A stretch of 64,000 nucleotides of DNA from assembly GCA_963827235.1 (NCBI GenBank), contig CAWHAE010000012.1, positions 1,536,001 through 1,600,000 on the forward strand, given 5' to 3'. This DNA is from an uncultured bacterium (GTDB lineage Bacteria; Chloroflexota; UBA5177; JANWHV01). Below, one piece after another: positions 9,625 to 20,290 of the stretch. Position numbers and translations under genes: made by a program. How positions within the stretch are numbered: position 1 is the first letter of the stretch; each line of letters begins with the position of its first letter. The notes beneath the pieces were generated by a model. The model saw only the letters and a list, made by a program, of their open reading frames with translations, was not told where the DNA came from and did not search any database.

Positions 9625-10545
9625 ATGGCTTTGGCAAGCAGGCGGCGCGTCACTGCATACCGCCGAAGCAGTGCGTTCAGTCGCCGCGCGTGGACCGGTT
9701 TTCTGTTCGTGCTGCCTGCCACGGCGTTCGTGCTGCTCTTCTTCATCACGCCGCTGGTGATGACCGGCTTCATGTCCCTCAACGACTGGCCTTTGCTCGG
9801 CAACCGGCACTTCACCGGACTCGACAACTACCACACGATACTCAGCGACAGTGTGTTCTGGCAGGCGCTTCTCTTCACGTTCAAGTACACGCTCGTCGTC
9901 ACGCCCGCCATTTTTCTCGCGGCCCTCGGCCTGGCGCTCCTGGTGCGACAGAAAGCCCCCGGTGTCGGCATCTTCCGTACCGCGTTCTTCCTGCCCGTCG
10001 TGCTCGGCTTTGCCGCCACCAGCTATCTGTGGCAATGGATGTATAACGACCAGACCGGGGTCTTCGACGGCGTGCTGCAAGGGATTGGCATCGCACAGCA
10101 GCCCCTTGAGTTCCTGGGCGACGCCTCGACCGACCTTATCTCCATCACCGTGATGGTGGTGTGGAAGACCGCTGGTTTCACCATGCTGCTCTTCGTGATC
10201 GGCATGCAGGCTATTCCCGAGGACCTCTTTGAGGCAGCCCGGGTCGACGGCGCCGGTCGCTGGGCAATGCTGACGCGAATCACCCTGCCGCTGCTGCGCC
10301 GAACCTTCGCCCTGGCGCTCGTCATCTCGGTGATCGGATCCGTGCTGGCCTTCGATCAGTTCTACATTCTGACTGCCGGCGGTCCCAACGACGAGACGCT
10401 CACCGCTGTGTACTGGATCTACAACAACGGCTTCACCTACTTCCATCTTGGCTACGCCGCCGCGCTCTCTCTCGTGTTGCTGGCCATCCTGATCGTCATC
10501 AGTGTGCTGCAGCTCTACTTGCTGCGCGATGACACGCAGTACTAG
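9625..10545 (+). CDS. Sugar ABC transporter permease
   Basis: TM helices; EAA motif EAARVDGA. Confidence 0.93.
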   Translation: MALASRRRVTAYRRSSAFSRRAWTGFLFVLPATAFVLLFFITPLVMTGFMSLNDWPLLGNRHFTGLDNYHTILSDSVFWQALLFTFKYTLVVTPAIFLAALGLALLVRQKAPGVGIFRTAFFLPVVLGFAATSYLWQWMYNDQTGVFDGVLQGIGIAQQPLEFLGDASTDLISITVMVVWKTAGFTMLLFVIGMQAIPEDLFEAARVDGAGRWAMLTRITLPLLRRTFALALVISVIGSVLAFDQFYILTAGGPNDETLTAVYWIYNNGFTYFHLGYAAALSLVLLAILIVISVLQLYLLRDDTQY

Positions 10546-10567
10546 CGGCCGCGGGAGGTCGATTTCT

Positions 10568-11449
10568 ATGCTCGCCGGACAACGCTCGTCGATCGCTTTC
10601 GCTGGCCCACGCCGGCACCGGCTCCTGCCGCGTGCTGTGTACTATCTCGTCTGCAGCGTGCTGCTGTTCATATTCGTGTTCCCGATCCTCTGGGTGATGG
10701 TCAACTCGGTCAAGCCGCCCGACGAGGCGTCGGCCGCACCGCCGACCTTCCTGCCGACGCATCTCTCCTGGCAAAACTACCAGGCTCTGGGAAACATCGG
10801 CGTTGGCATCTGGCAGTATGTCTACAACAGCAGCGTCGTGGCGATCGCGACCGTCTCCGGCACCATCCTGCTCAGTCTGCTTGGAGGGTACGGGTTCTCC
10901 CGGTTCAGCTTCTTCGGCAAGAACGTGCTTTTCGTGGGAATCCTGATCACGCTGATGATCCCCTTCCAATCGATCGTGGTGCCGCTCTTCCTGCTTCTGC
11001 ACCGGATTCACCTGACGAACAGCCTCGTGGGCTTGACGCTTGTGTACATCACGTTCCAGATGCCGTTCTCGATTTTCTTGATGCGCAATTCGTTCGACGC
11101 GGTGCCCCACGAGCTCGAGGAGGCGGCGCTGATCGACGGCTGCACTCCCCTGACCGTGCTCTACCACGTCTTCCTCGCCGTGGTGCGGCCGGGCATCATC
11201 ACCGTGGGCCTGTTTGCCTTCTTCAACTCCTGGAACGAGTTTCTCGCGGCCCTGATCTTCATGACGGACTCGGGCAAGTTCACCCTGCCGGTCATGTTGA
11301 CGACGGTCCAGTCCAGTTACTTCGGGACGATGAATTGGGGCGCGTTGCAGGCCGGAGTGACCATTTCCATGCTGCCGTGCGCGATCATCTTTCTCCTGCT
11401 CCAACGCTACTATGTCGGTGGTCTTCTGGTAGGCGCGGTAAAAGCCTGA
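10568..11449 (+). CDS. Sugar ABC transporter permease
   Basis: TM helices; EEAALIDGC and WNEFL motifs. Confidence 0.93.
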   Translation: MLAGQRSSIAFAGPRRHRLLPRAVYYLVCSVLLFIFVFPILWVMVNSVKPPDEASAAPPTFLPTHLSWQNYQALGNIGVGIWQYVYNSSVVAIATVSGTILLSLLGGYGFSRFSFFGKNVLFVGILITLMIPFQSIVVPLFLLLHRIHLTNSLVGLTLVYITFQMPFSIFLMRNSFDAVPHELEEAALIDGCTPLTVLYHVFLAVVRPGIITVGLFAFFNSWNEFLAALIFMTDSGKFTLPVMLTTVQSSYFGTMNWGALQAGVTISMLPCAIIFLLLQRYYVGGLLVGAVKA

Positions 11450-11468
11450 TGGATTCGGAGGAAATACG

Positions 11469-13383
11469 TTGGCACAACGCAGCGTTGCCGGCGCGGACAT
11501 GACGCCGGTCGTGGACACCTCAACGAGCCCTCATGGGCGGCTCCGACCGGTCGGCCTTGGGGACGTTCGGCTGCGGGATCGCGTGTGGGAACCGCGCCGG
11601 CACGTCAACAGGACGATAACGCTGCCCAGCCAGTACCGGCAGTGCGAGGAGAGCGGACGGCTCGACAACTTCCGGCGCGCAGGGGGAAAGCAAGACGGGC
11701 CGTTTCAGGGTTTGTGGTTCAACGACTCCGACGTCTACAAGTGGATGGAGGCGGTCGCCTGGTCGCTTGCCACGCATCCCGATCCGGAGCTGGACGCCCT
11801 GCTGGACGGCGTGATCGCCGACGTCGCCGCCGCGCAGCGTCCGGACGGCTATCTCAACACCTACTTCGCGTTGAACAAGGGCGAGACGCCGTGGGCGGAT
11901 CTGCAGAAGATGCACGAGCTCTACTGTGCCGGGCATCTCATACAGGCCGCCGTGGCCCACCATCGAGCGACGGGGAAGCGCAGTCTGCTCGACGTGGCCG
12001 TCCGCTGCGCGGACAATCTCGCCGCCACCTTCGGGCCGGTGCGCTCGGGCACCGACGGCCACCCGGAAGTCGAGATGGCTCTGGTCGAGCTGGCGCGAGA
12101 TACAAGAGACGATCGCTATCTGCGGCTCGCGCAGTACTTCATCGACCAGCGAGGGCAGAAGGAGTCTACCCTCGGCGGCCACGAATACCTGCAGGACCAC
12201 GCTCCGGTTCGGGATCAGACGGAAGTGGTCGGGCACGCCGTGCGAGCGCTCTATCTCTACTGCGGCGTTGCCGACCTCTATCTGGAGACGGGTGAGGAGG
12301 CGCTGTGGCAGGCACTGCAAACGCTCTGGCACAACTTCCAGCAGCAGAAAGTCTACATTACGGGCGGCGCAGGGGCCCGTCACGAGGGCGAGTCATTCGG
12401 CGCCGGCTATGAGCTCCCGAATGAGCGGGCGTACAGCGAGACCTGCGCCGCCATCTCGCACCTGATGTGGGCGTGGCGCATGCTGCTGGCCACCGGTGAT
12501 GCCGCGTACACGGATGCGCTGGAGGTCGCCCTCTACAACGGCATGCTCTCCGGCATGGCACTGAACGGCGACGAATACTTCTACGTGAACCCGCTGGCCG
12601 ACCGCGGCGCGCACCGCCGCCAGCACTGGTTTGGCTGTGCCTGTTGCCCACCGAACCTGGCCCGCCTGCTCGCCTCACTGCCGTCCTACTTCTACAGCAC
12701 GTCCTCCGAAGGGCTCTGGGTGCACCTTTATGCCGACGGCGAGGTGTCGACCACCCTGCCGGGGATGGCGGCGATCGCGCTCAGCCAGCGCACGAGCTAC
12801 CCCTGGGACGGCGAGATCGAGATCACCGTCTCCATCGACGCGCCCGCGTCGTTCAGTCTCTTCCTGCGCGTGCCGGCTTGGGCAAGCGGCGTTGCCGCCC
12901 GCGTCAACGGCGAGCCGGCGGGCACGCCGGCCGTGCCGGGCACATACCTCGAGCTGCGCCGCCGCTGGGAGAACGGCGACATCGTGCGGCTCAGCCTGCC
13001 CATGGCCGTGCGGCTCGTGAGCTCCCATCCGCACGTCACCAACAATCTCGGCCGGGTTGCCGTCATACGTGGTCCGCTGGTCTACTGCATAGAGGCCGCC
13101 GACAACCCGGGCCTCGACGTGTGGGACGCCGTGCTGCCGGACGAGATACGACTGGACCACCTCATGGCAGCCGGATCTGCTCGGCGGCGTCCAGCTCCTG
13201 GTCGCCGACGCTCTGGTAGCGAGGGAATCCACTGCGGATTTGCCGCTGTACCGTCCCTACGGCAGTGCTGAGCCGGAGTACCGGCGTGTGCGGCTGACGG
13301 CCGTCCCGTACTGCGTCTGGGCGAATCGGGAGCCCGGCCCCATGCAGGTATGGATTCCCATACGACCGCGTTCTAGCCGATAG
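11469..13383 (+). CDS. GH127-family beta-L-arabinofuranosidase-like glycoside hydrolase, frameshift near 13148
   Basis: DSDVYKW, HELYCAGH, GHAVR, YSETCA, CACCPPN motifs; C-terminus PYCVWANREPGPMQVW continues in another frame to TAG at 13383. Confidence 0.88.
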
Positions 13384-14443
13384 GCATCGTCCAGCCGTGC
13401 TGGTCGGGCAGCTTCCCATACTGGATGCCGGTTATCGTGTCGTAGAGCCGCTGGGTGAGATCGCCGATACGCCGATTGTTGATGATAATGCTCTCGCCCT
13501 TGTAGCTCAGCTCGCCGACCGGTGAGATCACCGCGGCGGTGCCGGTGCCCCACATCTCGACCAGGTGCCCGGCATGGGCGGCGTCGTAGACCTCATCGAT
13601 GGCGATCGGGCGCTCGGACACGGCGATGCCCCAGTCGCGCAGGAGGGTCAAGGCGGAATCGCGTGTCACGCCGGGCAGAATAGTGCCGCTCAGGGGAGGC
13701 GTGATCACCTCGTCGCCGATGCGCACCATGATGTTCATGGTGCCGACCTCGTCGATGTAGCGCCGGTGCACGCCGTCCAGCCACAGCACCTGCGAGAAGC
13801 CGGCCTTATGCGCTTCCTCGCCGGCCAGCAGGCTGGCCGCGTAGTTGCCGGCCGTCTTGGCCGCTCCCGTTCCGCCTTCCACGGCGCGGACGTAGCGATC
13901 GGTGACCAGGATGCGTACCGGGTTCATCCCCTCGGCGTAGTACGCGCCGACCGGGGACAGGATGATGTAGAGCAAGTAGTCCTTCGCCGGTCGCACGCCG
14001 AGAAACGCCTCGGTAGCCACGATCACGGGCCGAAGGTACAGCGAGGTACCGAACGCGCTGGGCACCCAATCGCGATCGAGATCCACCAAGGCGCGCAGAA
14101 GCTCCAGCACAGGCTCGGCGTCGAAGGCCGGAATGCACAGACGGGCGGCGGAGTTCTGCAGCCGTTCCAGGTGTTTGCGAGGCCGGAAGAAGCGGATCAC
14201 GCCGTCGACACCGCGGAACGCCTTGGCGCCGTCAAACACGGCTTGCCCATAGTGCAGCACCGCCGCGGCGGGGTCCAGACTGATCGGCCCGTACGGCACG
14301 ATGCGCGCGCCGGTCCAACCATGCGCGTCTTCGTACGCGATCAGTGCCATGTGATCCGTGAAGACGGTGCCAAACTGGAGCGTGCTGTCTTCCGGCTTGG
14401 CCTTTGGTGCGGCAGTCCGCGTCACGTCGATGGTCGTCTGCAT
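13373..14443 (-). CDS. ilvE: Branched-chain amino acid aminotransferase
   Basis: FTDHM, LHYGQ, SLYLRP, AKTAGNYAA (PLP Lys), EVGTMN, ILPGVTR, GTAAVISPVG; GAAAGGA RBS. Confidence 0.95.
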   Translation of the reverse strand: MQTTIDVTRTAAPKAKPEDSTLQFGTVFTDHMALIAYEDAHGWTGARIVPYGPISLDPAAAVLHYGQAVFDGAKAFRGVDGVIRFFRPRKHLERLQNSAARLCIPAFDAEPVLELLRALVDLDRDWVPSAFGTSLYLRPVIVATEAFLGVRPAKDYLLYIILSPVGAYYAEGMNPVRILVTDRYVRAVEGGTGAAKTAGNYAASLLAGEEAHKAGFSQVLWLDGVHRRYIDEVGTMNIMVRIGDEVITPPLSGTILPGVTRDSALTLLRDWGIAVSERPIAIDEVYDAAHAGHLVEMWGTGTAAVISPVGELSYKGESIIINNRRIGDLTQRLYDTITGIQYGKLPDQHGWTMPIG

Positions 14444-14543
14444 GGCAGATCCTTTCACAGCAGGTGCAGGGGGAGAATACGGCTCATCGGGAAAGTGTAC
14501 CACCGGCGGCAGAGCCCAATGGCGCACGGCCTGATTCGGGCCC

Positions 14544-14680
14544 ACCTGGGCATTGTGACGCATCGGCTTGTTGTCTCGCGACGACGGAAGCCATGCCCGG
14601 GATGACCGGAGGCAGTCGAGACGACCGCGATCCCAGGATCGGCGCACCGAAGCGCTGGATCACAGATTGCAAGTCTGCCC
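14544..14680 (+). repeat. 137-bp structured dispersed repeat, copy 1
   Basis: Ungapped match to 37167..37303 with 18 mismatches by hand count (about 87%). Confidence 0.9.
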
Positions 14681-14735
14681 GCCTCGTTCTGGCGAGCGTC
14701 GCGGTGAGCGGACGCCGGCCGAAGGCGACGATCGC

Positions 14736-14811
14736 GTCACACGTTCGCCACACATTCGTCATCGATCCGGCACGGTGCGCACATAGTGGCGGCACATGGT
14801 CTCCCTAGACT
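14736..14811 (+). promoter_or_regulatory. OmpR-type direct-repeat array upstream of the MMPL gene
   Basis: GTCAC/GCCAC/GTCAT/GGCAC/GGCAC at 14736, 14747, 14758, 14769, 14791 (11-bp phasing), then TAGACT -10 at 14806. Confidence 0.55.
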
Positions 14812-14891
14812 GGTCCTTGAAGCTAGCCGCACACATACATGCCGCACTCGGCGCTTCTCGGAGTAGCCGGCAAGGGAAAGGTCGAAACTAC

Positions 14892-17039
14892 ATGGCTCGC
14901 CTTGCACGTTGGATTCTCGCTCACGCCCGCCTGGTGGTGCTGGCATGGCTCGCCGTCGCCGTGACCAGCCTGCTCTGCGTCTCCTCGGCCAGCAACGCCC
15001 TGTCACAAGCGTTCAACCTGCCCGGACAGCCGGGCTTCGAGACCGATCAGGCAATTCTGCAGACATACGGTAACGGAGGCGGCAATCCGCCCACGGTTCC
15101 GGTGATCACCCTGCTGGCCGGGACCACCGTGAACAGTCCGGGCGTCCGCACGCAATTGGGCGCCGCACTGGCGCGCGTACAGCAGGCAGTGCCCCGGGCG
15201 CGCATTGTCTCCTATGCCTCGACAGGCAGCCGGCTGTTCGTCTCCGCGGACGGCCGCACGACCTTCGCGCTGGTCTATCTGCCGCTCGATCCGGCCACCG
15301 GCAACTCCGCAGACCTGGTTGCGGTGCAACACGCGCTGTCCCGCGCCACGGTCGACGGTGCCCGGTTTCACGTGACGGGCGTCGAGTTGCTGGCCAGCGG
15401 CGGCAGCGGCGGCGGAAACTCCGCCCTCGTGGAGACGGTAGTCGGCGGTATCGGCGCGCTCCTGGTGCTGGCGTTCGTGTTCGGCTCGCTGCTGGCGATC
15501 GTGCCGCTGGGGATGGCCTTGGTCTCGATCCCGACCACCTTCCTCCTCGTGTGGGGTCTGACCGCGATCACCGACGTCTCCGCCATCGTGGAGTATCTGA
15601 TCGCGCTGATCGGGTTGGGCATCGCCATCGATTACTCCTTGCTCATCGTGCTCCGCTGGCGGGAGGAGCGAGCACGCGGCCTGTCCAATCACGACGCCGT
15701 GCTGCGATCGATGGAGACCGCGGGCAAGGCCGTGGTCTTCTCCGGGAGCACCGTGGCAATCGGCATGCTGGCGCTCGTGACGCTGCCGATCCCGGTCATG
15801 CGCAGCATCGGGTACGGCGGTCTGCTGATTCCGTTGGTGAGCGTGCTCGTGGCAACCACGCTGCTGCCGGCGGTGCTGGCATCCGCGGGTCCGCGCGTGG
15901 ACTGGCCGCGGCGCAGGCCGGAGCGGACGAGCCGGTTCTGGTCGGCCTGGGGCAGCCTGATCGTGCGGCGGCGCGGAGCCGCGGCAGCCGTGTCCGCCGT
16001 CGTGCTGGCGCTGATCATGCTTCCCGCCGCCTCCATGGTCGTGGGCTTTCCGCGGGCCACCTCGCTCGCCCAGTCCGGCGATGCATACGAGGGCTTGCAC
16101 GCGCTGGCGGGCAGCGGTATCGGCGCCGGGCCGTTGCTGCCTATCGAGGTGCTGGTGCGGCAGGCCGATCCGCGGGTGGTCGCCGCCGAGATGGCGCGCC
16201 TGCCCGACGTGCGCGGCGCCGTCGCTCCTGCCGGCACGGCATGGCGTGCCGGGTCGAGCACGCTGGTCGCCGTGGTGGCTTCGGCCGACGGCACGTCGCC
16301 GGCCGGCAAGGCCGCGTTGAGCGGCGCGCGCCGTATCGCCGCGCAGTCGGCCGGCAGCATACGCGTGGGCGGCGGGGCCGCAGAGAACTCGGATTTCCTT
16401 TCGGCGGTATACGACAACTTCCCACGCATGGTCGCGATACTGGCGGTGCTGACCTTCGTGCTGCTGGCACGGGCCTTTCGCTCCATACTGCTGCCTCTCA
16501 AGGCGGTGACTCTGGTGCTGGTGTCCGTGGGTGCCGCGTGCGGTTTCATGACCTTCGTCTGGCAGGATGGCCACGGCTCCGGGCTGCTGTGGGGCATTCC
16601 GGCCACGGGATCGGTGACTTCCTGGATTCCGGTGATGGTGTTCGCCTTTCTGTTCGGCATCTCCATGGACTACGAGGTGTTCCTGCTCAGCCGGATGCGC
16701 GAAGTGTACGATGCTACGGGCTCGACCACCGAGGCGGTCGTGCGCGGTATCGGCAGCACGGGCCGGCTCGTGACCAGCGCGGCAGTGATTCTCTTCCTGG
16801 CTTTCGGCGCCCTGGCGTCCGGACCCGAGGTCAACATCAAGATCATCGCCACGGGTCTGGCCGCCGGCATCATCGTCGACGCCACGGTGATCAGGATGCT
16901 CCTGGTGCCGGCGCTCATCTCCCTGTTCGGCCGCTGGAACTGGTGGCTGCCCGTGCCCATGGCACGCGTGCTCGGCATATCGTCCACCACGCCGGCGACA
17001 GCAGTGGACGAAGCACTCACGCTGGAGCGCATCGCCTGA
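14892..17039 (+). CDS. MMPL-family (RND superfamily) transporter
   Basis: Two TM bundles with GIAIDYSL and GISMDYEVFLLSRMRE motifs. Confidence 0.93.
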   Translation: MARLARWILAHARLVVLAWLAVAVTSLLCVSSASNALSQAFNLPGQPGFETDQAILQTYGNGGGNPPTVPVITLLAGTTVNSPGVRTQLGAALARVQQAVPRARIVSYASTGSRLFVSADGRTTFALVYLPLDPATGNSADLVAVQHALSRATVDGARFHVTGVELLASGGSGGGNSALVETVVGGIGALLVLAFVFGSLLAIVPLGMALVSIPTTFLLVWGLTAITDVSAIVEYLIALIGLGIAIDYSLLIVLRWREERARGLSNHDAVLRSMETAGKAVVFSGSTVAIGMLALVTLPIPVMRSIGYGGLLIPLVSVLVATTLLPAVLASAGPRVDWPRRRPERTSRFWSAWGSLIVRRRGAAAAVSAVVLALIMLPAASMVVGFPRATSLAQSGDAYEGLHALAGSGIGAGPLLPIEVLVRQADPRVVAAEMARLPDVRGAVAPAGTAWRAGSSTLVAVVASADGTSPAGKAALSGARRIAAQSAGSIRVGGGAAENSDFLSAVYDNFPRMVAILAVLTFVLLARAFRSILLPLKAVTLVLVSVGAACGFMTFVWQDGHGSGLLWGIPATGSVTSWIPVMVFAFLFGISMDYEVFLLSRMREVYDATGSTTEAVVRGIGSTGRLVTSAAVILFLAFGALASGPEVNIKIIATGLAAGIIVDATVIRMLLVPALISLFGRWNWWLPVPMARVLGISSTTPATAVDEALTLERIA

Positions 17040-17044
17040 ACGAG

Positions 17045-17089
17045 CGGCCACGCTGGGCGGGGACGGAGCGTCCCCGCCCAGCGTGGCCG
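17045..17089. terminator. Perfect 21-bp hairpin after the MMPL gene
   Basis: CGGCCACGCTGGGCGGGGACG-GAG-CGTCCCCGCCCAGCGTGGCCG; no U-tract. Confidence 0.6.
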
Positions 17090-17221
17090 TGAGATGTGCG
17101 CGAGATGGCGGTGCGCTATAGTGGGTGCACGGGTGGGCAACGACTTGCAGACTCAACACGCTTCAGCTTTTGTCCGGCGACCTAGCGCCGTCGACGCCGG
17201 TAGACCAGGGAGAACCGGGGC

Positions 17222-18661
17222 GTGATCTATCTGCGGCAGCTGGCGAAGCAGTCATCAGTCTTGCGTCAGAAGCAGACGTACAGCAATCTGCTCTACCTTC
17301 TGGCTACGTTCCCGCTCGGCATGTCCTACTTTGTCACCCTGATGATCGGAGTATCGCTTGGCCTCGGCCTGGCCATTGTCGGCGTCGGTTTCGTGGTCCT
17401 GTTGCTCACGCTGGGACTCACCTGGACCGCGGCCAAGTTCGAGCGCTACCTGGCAGTGCGATTGCTGCGCGTCGAGATCGCCCCCCTGACCGGGCCATGG
17501 TTCCCCGACTTCAGAGGCTGGCAGCGGATCCGGGAACACCTGCGTCGCCTGACTACCTGGAAGAGCCTGACCTTCGTCGTGCTCAAGTTTCCCTTGGGCC
17601 TGATGACGTTCTGCACTGCCGCGGCACTGCTGGCAGTCTCACTCGGCCTGTTGTTCTATCCGGTGGGCATCGTGGTGCCCACCAGCAGCGGCAGCTACGA
17701 TCTCTTCACACCCGCCCGCTTGCTCTGGCAGTACGTGCCGCAGCCGCTGGCCTCGATCCTCGTGGCGGTACTGATCGCGCTGGCCTGCACGATCGGCTAC
17801 TTCCTCACCATCCTCTCGCTGATCGCGCTCAACGGCATGGCCTCCGCATGGGGACTGCTCTCACGCGGGCTGCTCGGGCAGAGCCTCACCGAGCAGCAAC
17901 TCGCGGAAGCCCGGGGAGAGGCGGCGCGCGAGCAGGCGCGAGCCGAAAGCTCCGATCAGCGCAGGCGCGAGCTGATCGTCAACGTCTCGCACGAGCTGCG
18001 GACGCCGATCGCCAACATTCGCGGGCACGTAGAGTCCCTGCGCCTGCCGCCGGGAGACCATCTCTCCGACCCGGATAAGGACCGGTACCTCGCCATCGTG
18101 GCGCGCGAGACGGAAAGGCTCAGCTCGCTGGTCGACGATCTGCTCGCGCTGGCTCGCTCGGATGCGGACGAGCTGCACCTCGACGTGCGGCCGGTGCAGG
18201 TGAACGACGTCGTGGTGGAAGTCCATCAGGCGCTCGCACCGCTGGCCGCCCGCGACAGACAGGTGTCGATGATCTGCAACGTCGCTCCGGATCTGCCCGC
18301 GGCGCTCGCCGACCGAGATCGCCTTGCCCAGGTACTGTTGAACCTGGCGCGCAACGCGATCACGGCGACCCCCGTCGGCGGTCTCGTCTTCCTCGATCTG
18401 GAGCGCGCCGACGAAGGCCATCTTCGCCTGTCGGTATCGGACACGGGCCACGGCATGCCTCCCGACGAGCTCGATCGCGTCTTCGAGCGCTTCTATCGCT
18501 CCGACACGTCGCGGCAGCGCGCCACGGGCGGGTTCGGGCTCGGCCTGGCCATTGTGCGGGACCTGGTGCAGGCCATGGGCGGCTCGGTCACGGCGACGAG
18601 CACGGTCGGTGCCGGCAGCTGCTTTACCGTCCTGCTTCGCGCGGCGCCCCGTACGGCATGA
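17222..18661 (+). CDS. Membrane sensor histidine kinase
   Basis: N-terminal TM sensor; VSHELRTPI, NLARNA, DTGHG, VFERFYR, GGFGLGL. Confidence 0.93.
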   Translation: MIYLRQLAKQSSVLRQKQTYSNLLYLLATFPLGMSYFVTLMIGVSLGLGLAIVGVGFVVLLLTLGLTWTAAKFERYLAVRLLRVEIAPLTGPWFPDFRGWQRIREHLRRLTTWKSLTFVVLKFPLGLMTFCTAAALLAVSLGLLFYPVGIVVPTSSGSYDLFTPARLLWQYVPQPLASILVAVLIALACTIGYFLTILSLIALNGMASAWGLLSRGLLGQSLTEQQLAEARGEAAREQARAESSDQRRRELIVNVSHELRTPIANIRGHVESLRLPPGDHLSDPDKDRYLAIVARETERLSSLVDDLLALARSDADELHLDVRPVQVNDVVVEVHQALAPLAARDRQVSMICNVAPDLPAALADRDRLAQVLLNLARNAITATPVGGLVFLDLERADEGHLRLSVSDTGHGMPPDELDRVFERFYRSDTSRQRATGGFGLGLAIVRDLVQAMGGSVTATSTVGAGSCFTVLLRAAPRTA

Positions 18662-18680
18662 CGAGATTGGTGGAGAGGCG

Positions 18681-19397
18681 ATGGCTAAAGTGCTGGTGGT
18701 CGAGGACGAGGTCGATCTGTGCAATCTGATCCGCAGCCACCTGGAATCCGAAGGCCATAGCGTCGTCCAGGCATTCGACGGCCCGTCGGCGCTGGCAGCG
18801 GTGGCGCGTGAGCTGCCTCACCTGATCCTCCTCGACTGGATGCTTCCCGGTATGGACGGCCTTGCCGTCTGCCGCCGGGTACGGCAAGAGCACTTGATGC
18901 CCATTATCATGCTGACCGCGCGCGGCGAGGAGATCGATCGCGTGCTCGGCCTCGAGGTCGGGGCCGACGACTACGTGGTCAAGCCCTTCAGCATCAGGGA
19001 GCTCATGGCGCGCGTGCGGGCCATGCTGCGGCGGGTTGAGCTGGATAGCCACGTCGTGGAGCGGGCGGCAAATCCCGTGCCGGCGCGGGATTTGCCGCCC
19101 GCTCCGGCTGCTCTCGTCGCCGGACCGCTCTCGATCGACCCCGCCACGCACGTGGCGGTGCTCGGCGGTGTGGCGCTCGAGCTGACTCCCAAGGAGTTCG
19201 ATCTCCTGTGCCTCTTCGTGTCGCATCCCGGACGTGCCTTCAGCCGCGATTTCCTGCTCGAGCGCCTGTGGGGTGACGACTACGAGGGCTTCGACCGCGT
19301 GGTCGACACACACGTGGCGCGCCTGCGCAAGAAGCTGGGATCGCTGGGCGAGAGCGTCGTCCCCGTGCGCGGCGTCGGCTACCGCTTCGTGCCCTGA
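18681..19397 (+). CDS. OmpR/PhoB-family response regulator
   Basis: VVEDE, LLDWMLPG, GADDYVVKPF, LTPKEFDLL, VRGVGYRF. Confidence 0.96.
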   Translation: MAKVLVVEDEVDLCNLIRSHLESEGHSVVQAFDGPSALAAVARELPHLILLDWMLPGMDGLAVCRRVRQEHLMPIIMLTARGEEIDRVLGLEVGADDYVVKPFSIRELMARVRAMLRRVELDSHVVERAANPVPARDLPPAPAALVAGPLSIDPATHVAVLGGVALELTPKEFDLLCLFVSHPGRAFSRDFLLERLWGDDYEGFDRVVDTHVARLRKKLGSLGESVVPVRGVGYRFVP

Positions 19398-19703
19398 CAC
19401 GGAGCGTCTACGCCCGAGAGGCGCGGCGCGACGATGGGCATCCATGGCGGCTCTGGAATGGGGCATCCAGCTGCGGGTGTCGTAGCACCATGTACATGAT
19501 GTTTGGACCTTGGACTTGATGGCAAAGCCGCACAGCAACCTTTGACGGCCACGAGCGTGAACGTCGTGGGACGCCACAGCGACACGACTCAGCTGGCGAG
19601 GAACAGCTTCGGAGGCACTGAAAGACGTTGACCCGCCGTAGGTGCCGAGCTACTCTGTACTACAGAACGTGTTGCACCGATGGCGATGAGGGGACGGGGA
19701 GCG

Positions 19704-19994
19704 ATGGCAGCAGGAATCACCACCAGCATTCGCATGCCTGAAGAGATTCGGGAGATGTACGACATCCTCGCTCAAGCCACGGGACGGGCCAAGAACGACC
19801 TCATGGTCGAGGTCTTGCGCACCGAAGGTCAGCGACGACTCGATGAGATCGCACTAATTCTCGAAGGGCGCGAGCAAGCGCGCAGTGGAAGGTTGTCACC
19901 CCTCAACGATGTGGTGCTCCGCCTCAAGAGCAACGGTATGCTACCCGCAGACTTCGAACTGGATTCGGATGACGATGACTCAGGGTCAGCGTGA
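19704..19994 (+). CDS. Putative ribbon-helix-helix antitoxin
   Basis: TTSIRMPEE..LAQATGR RHH pattern, acidic tail, 4-nt overlap with the downstream toxin. Confidence 0.8.
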   Translation: MAAGITTSIRMPEEIREMYDILAQATGRAKNDLMVEVLRTEGQRRLDEIALILEGREQARSGRLSPLNDVVLRLKSNGMLPADFELDSDDDDSGSA

Positions 19995-20290
19995 AGGTTC
20001 AGCTCACCGCGGCCGCAGAAGCGGATCTCGCCGGCATCTACACCTACTGTGCTCGTCGGTCAGGACCGGTTGCCGAACGCGTCCTGGGTGCGATCCTACG
20101 GGCGATCAACGGACTCGCCCGCTTCCCATTCATGGGCAAACCGGGAGATGTGCCTGAAACGCGCGAACGCGTGGTGGTCCGCTACCCATACCGCATCGTC
20201 TACCACGTGAATGAACGCCTCCAGATGGTAGAGGTGTGGCGCATCATGCCTCCTGGACAGGACTGGCCGCCCGCTGAGACTGACGGCTAG
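19991..20290 (+). CDS. RelE/ParE-family toxin
   Basis: AEADL..I, LARFPFMG, TRE.VV.RYPYRIVY, VEVWRI. Confidence 0.88.
   Translation: MKVQLTAAAEADLAGIYTYCARRSGPVAERVLGAILRAINGLARFPFMGKPGDVPETRERVVVRYPYRIVYHVNERLQMVEVWRIMPPGQDWPPAETDG

Noticed and set aside
14450-14700. T-box riboswitch or attenuator upstream of ilvE
   Set aside because: No GGTGGNACCGCG T-box on the minus strand and no BCAA-rich leader peptide; the same sequence recurs near dusB and folds better on the + strand
19461-19482. Further copies of the ACCCGC/GCGGGT micro-element (also 50284-50301)
   Set aside because: Too degenerate to distinguish from chance in high-GC DNA, and there is no empty-site comparison
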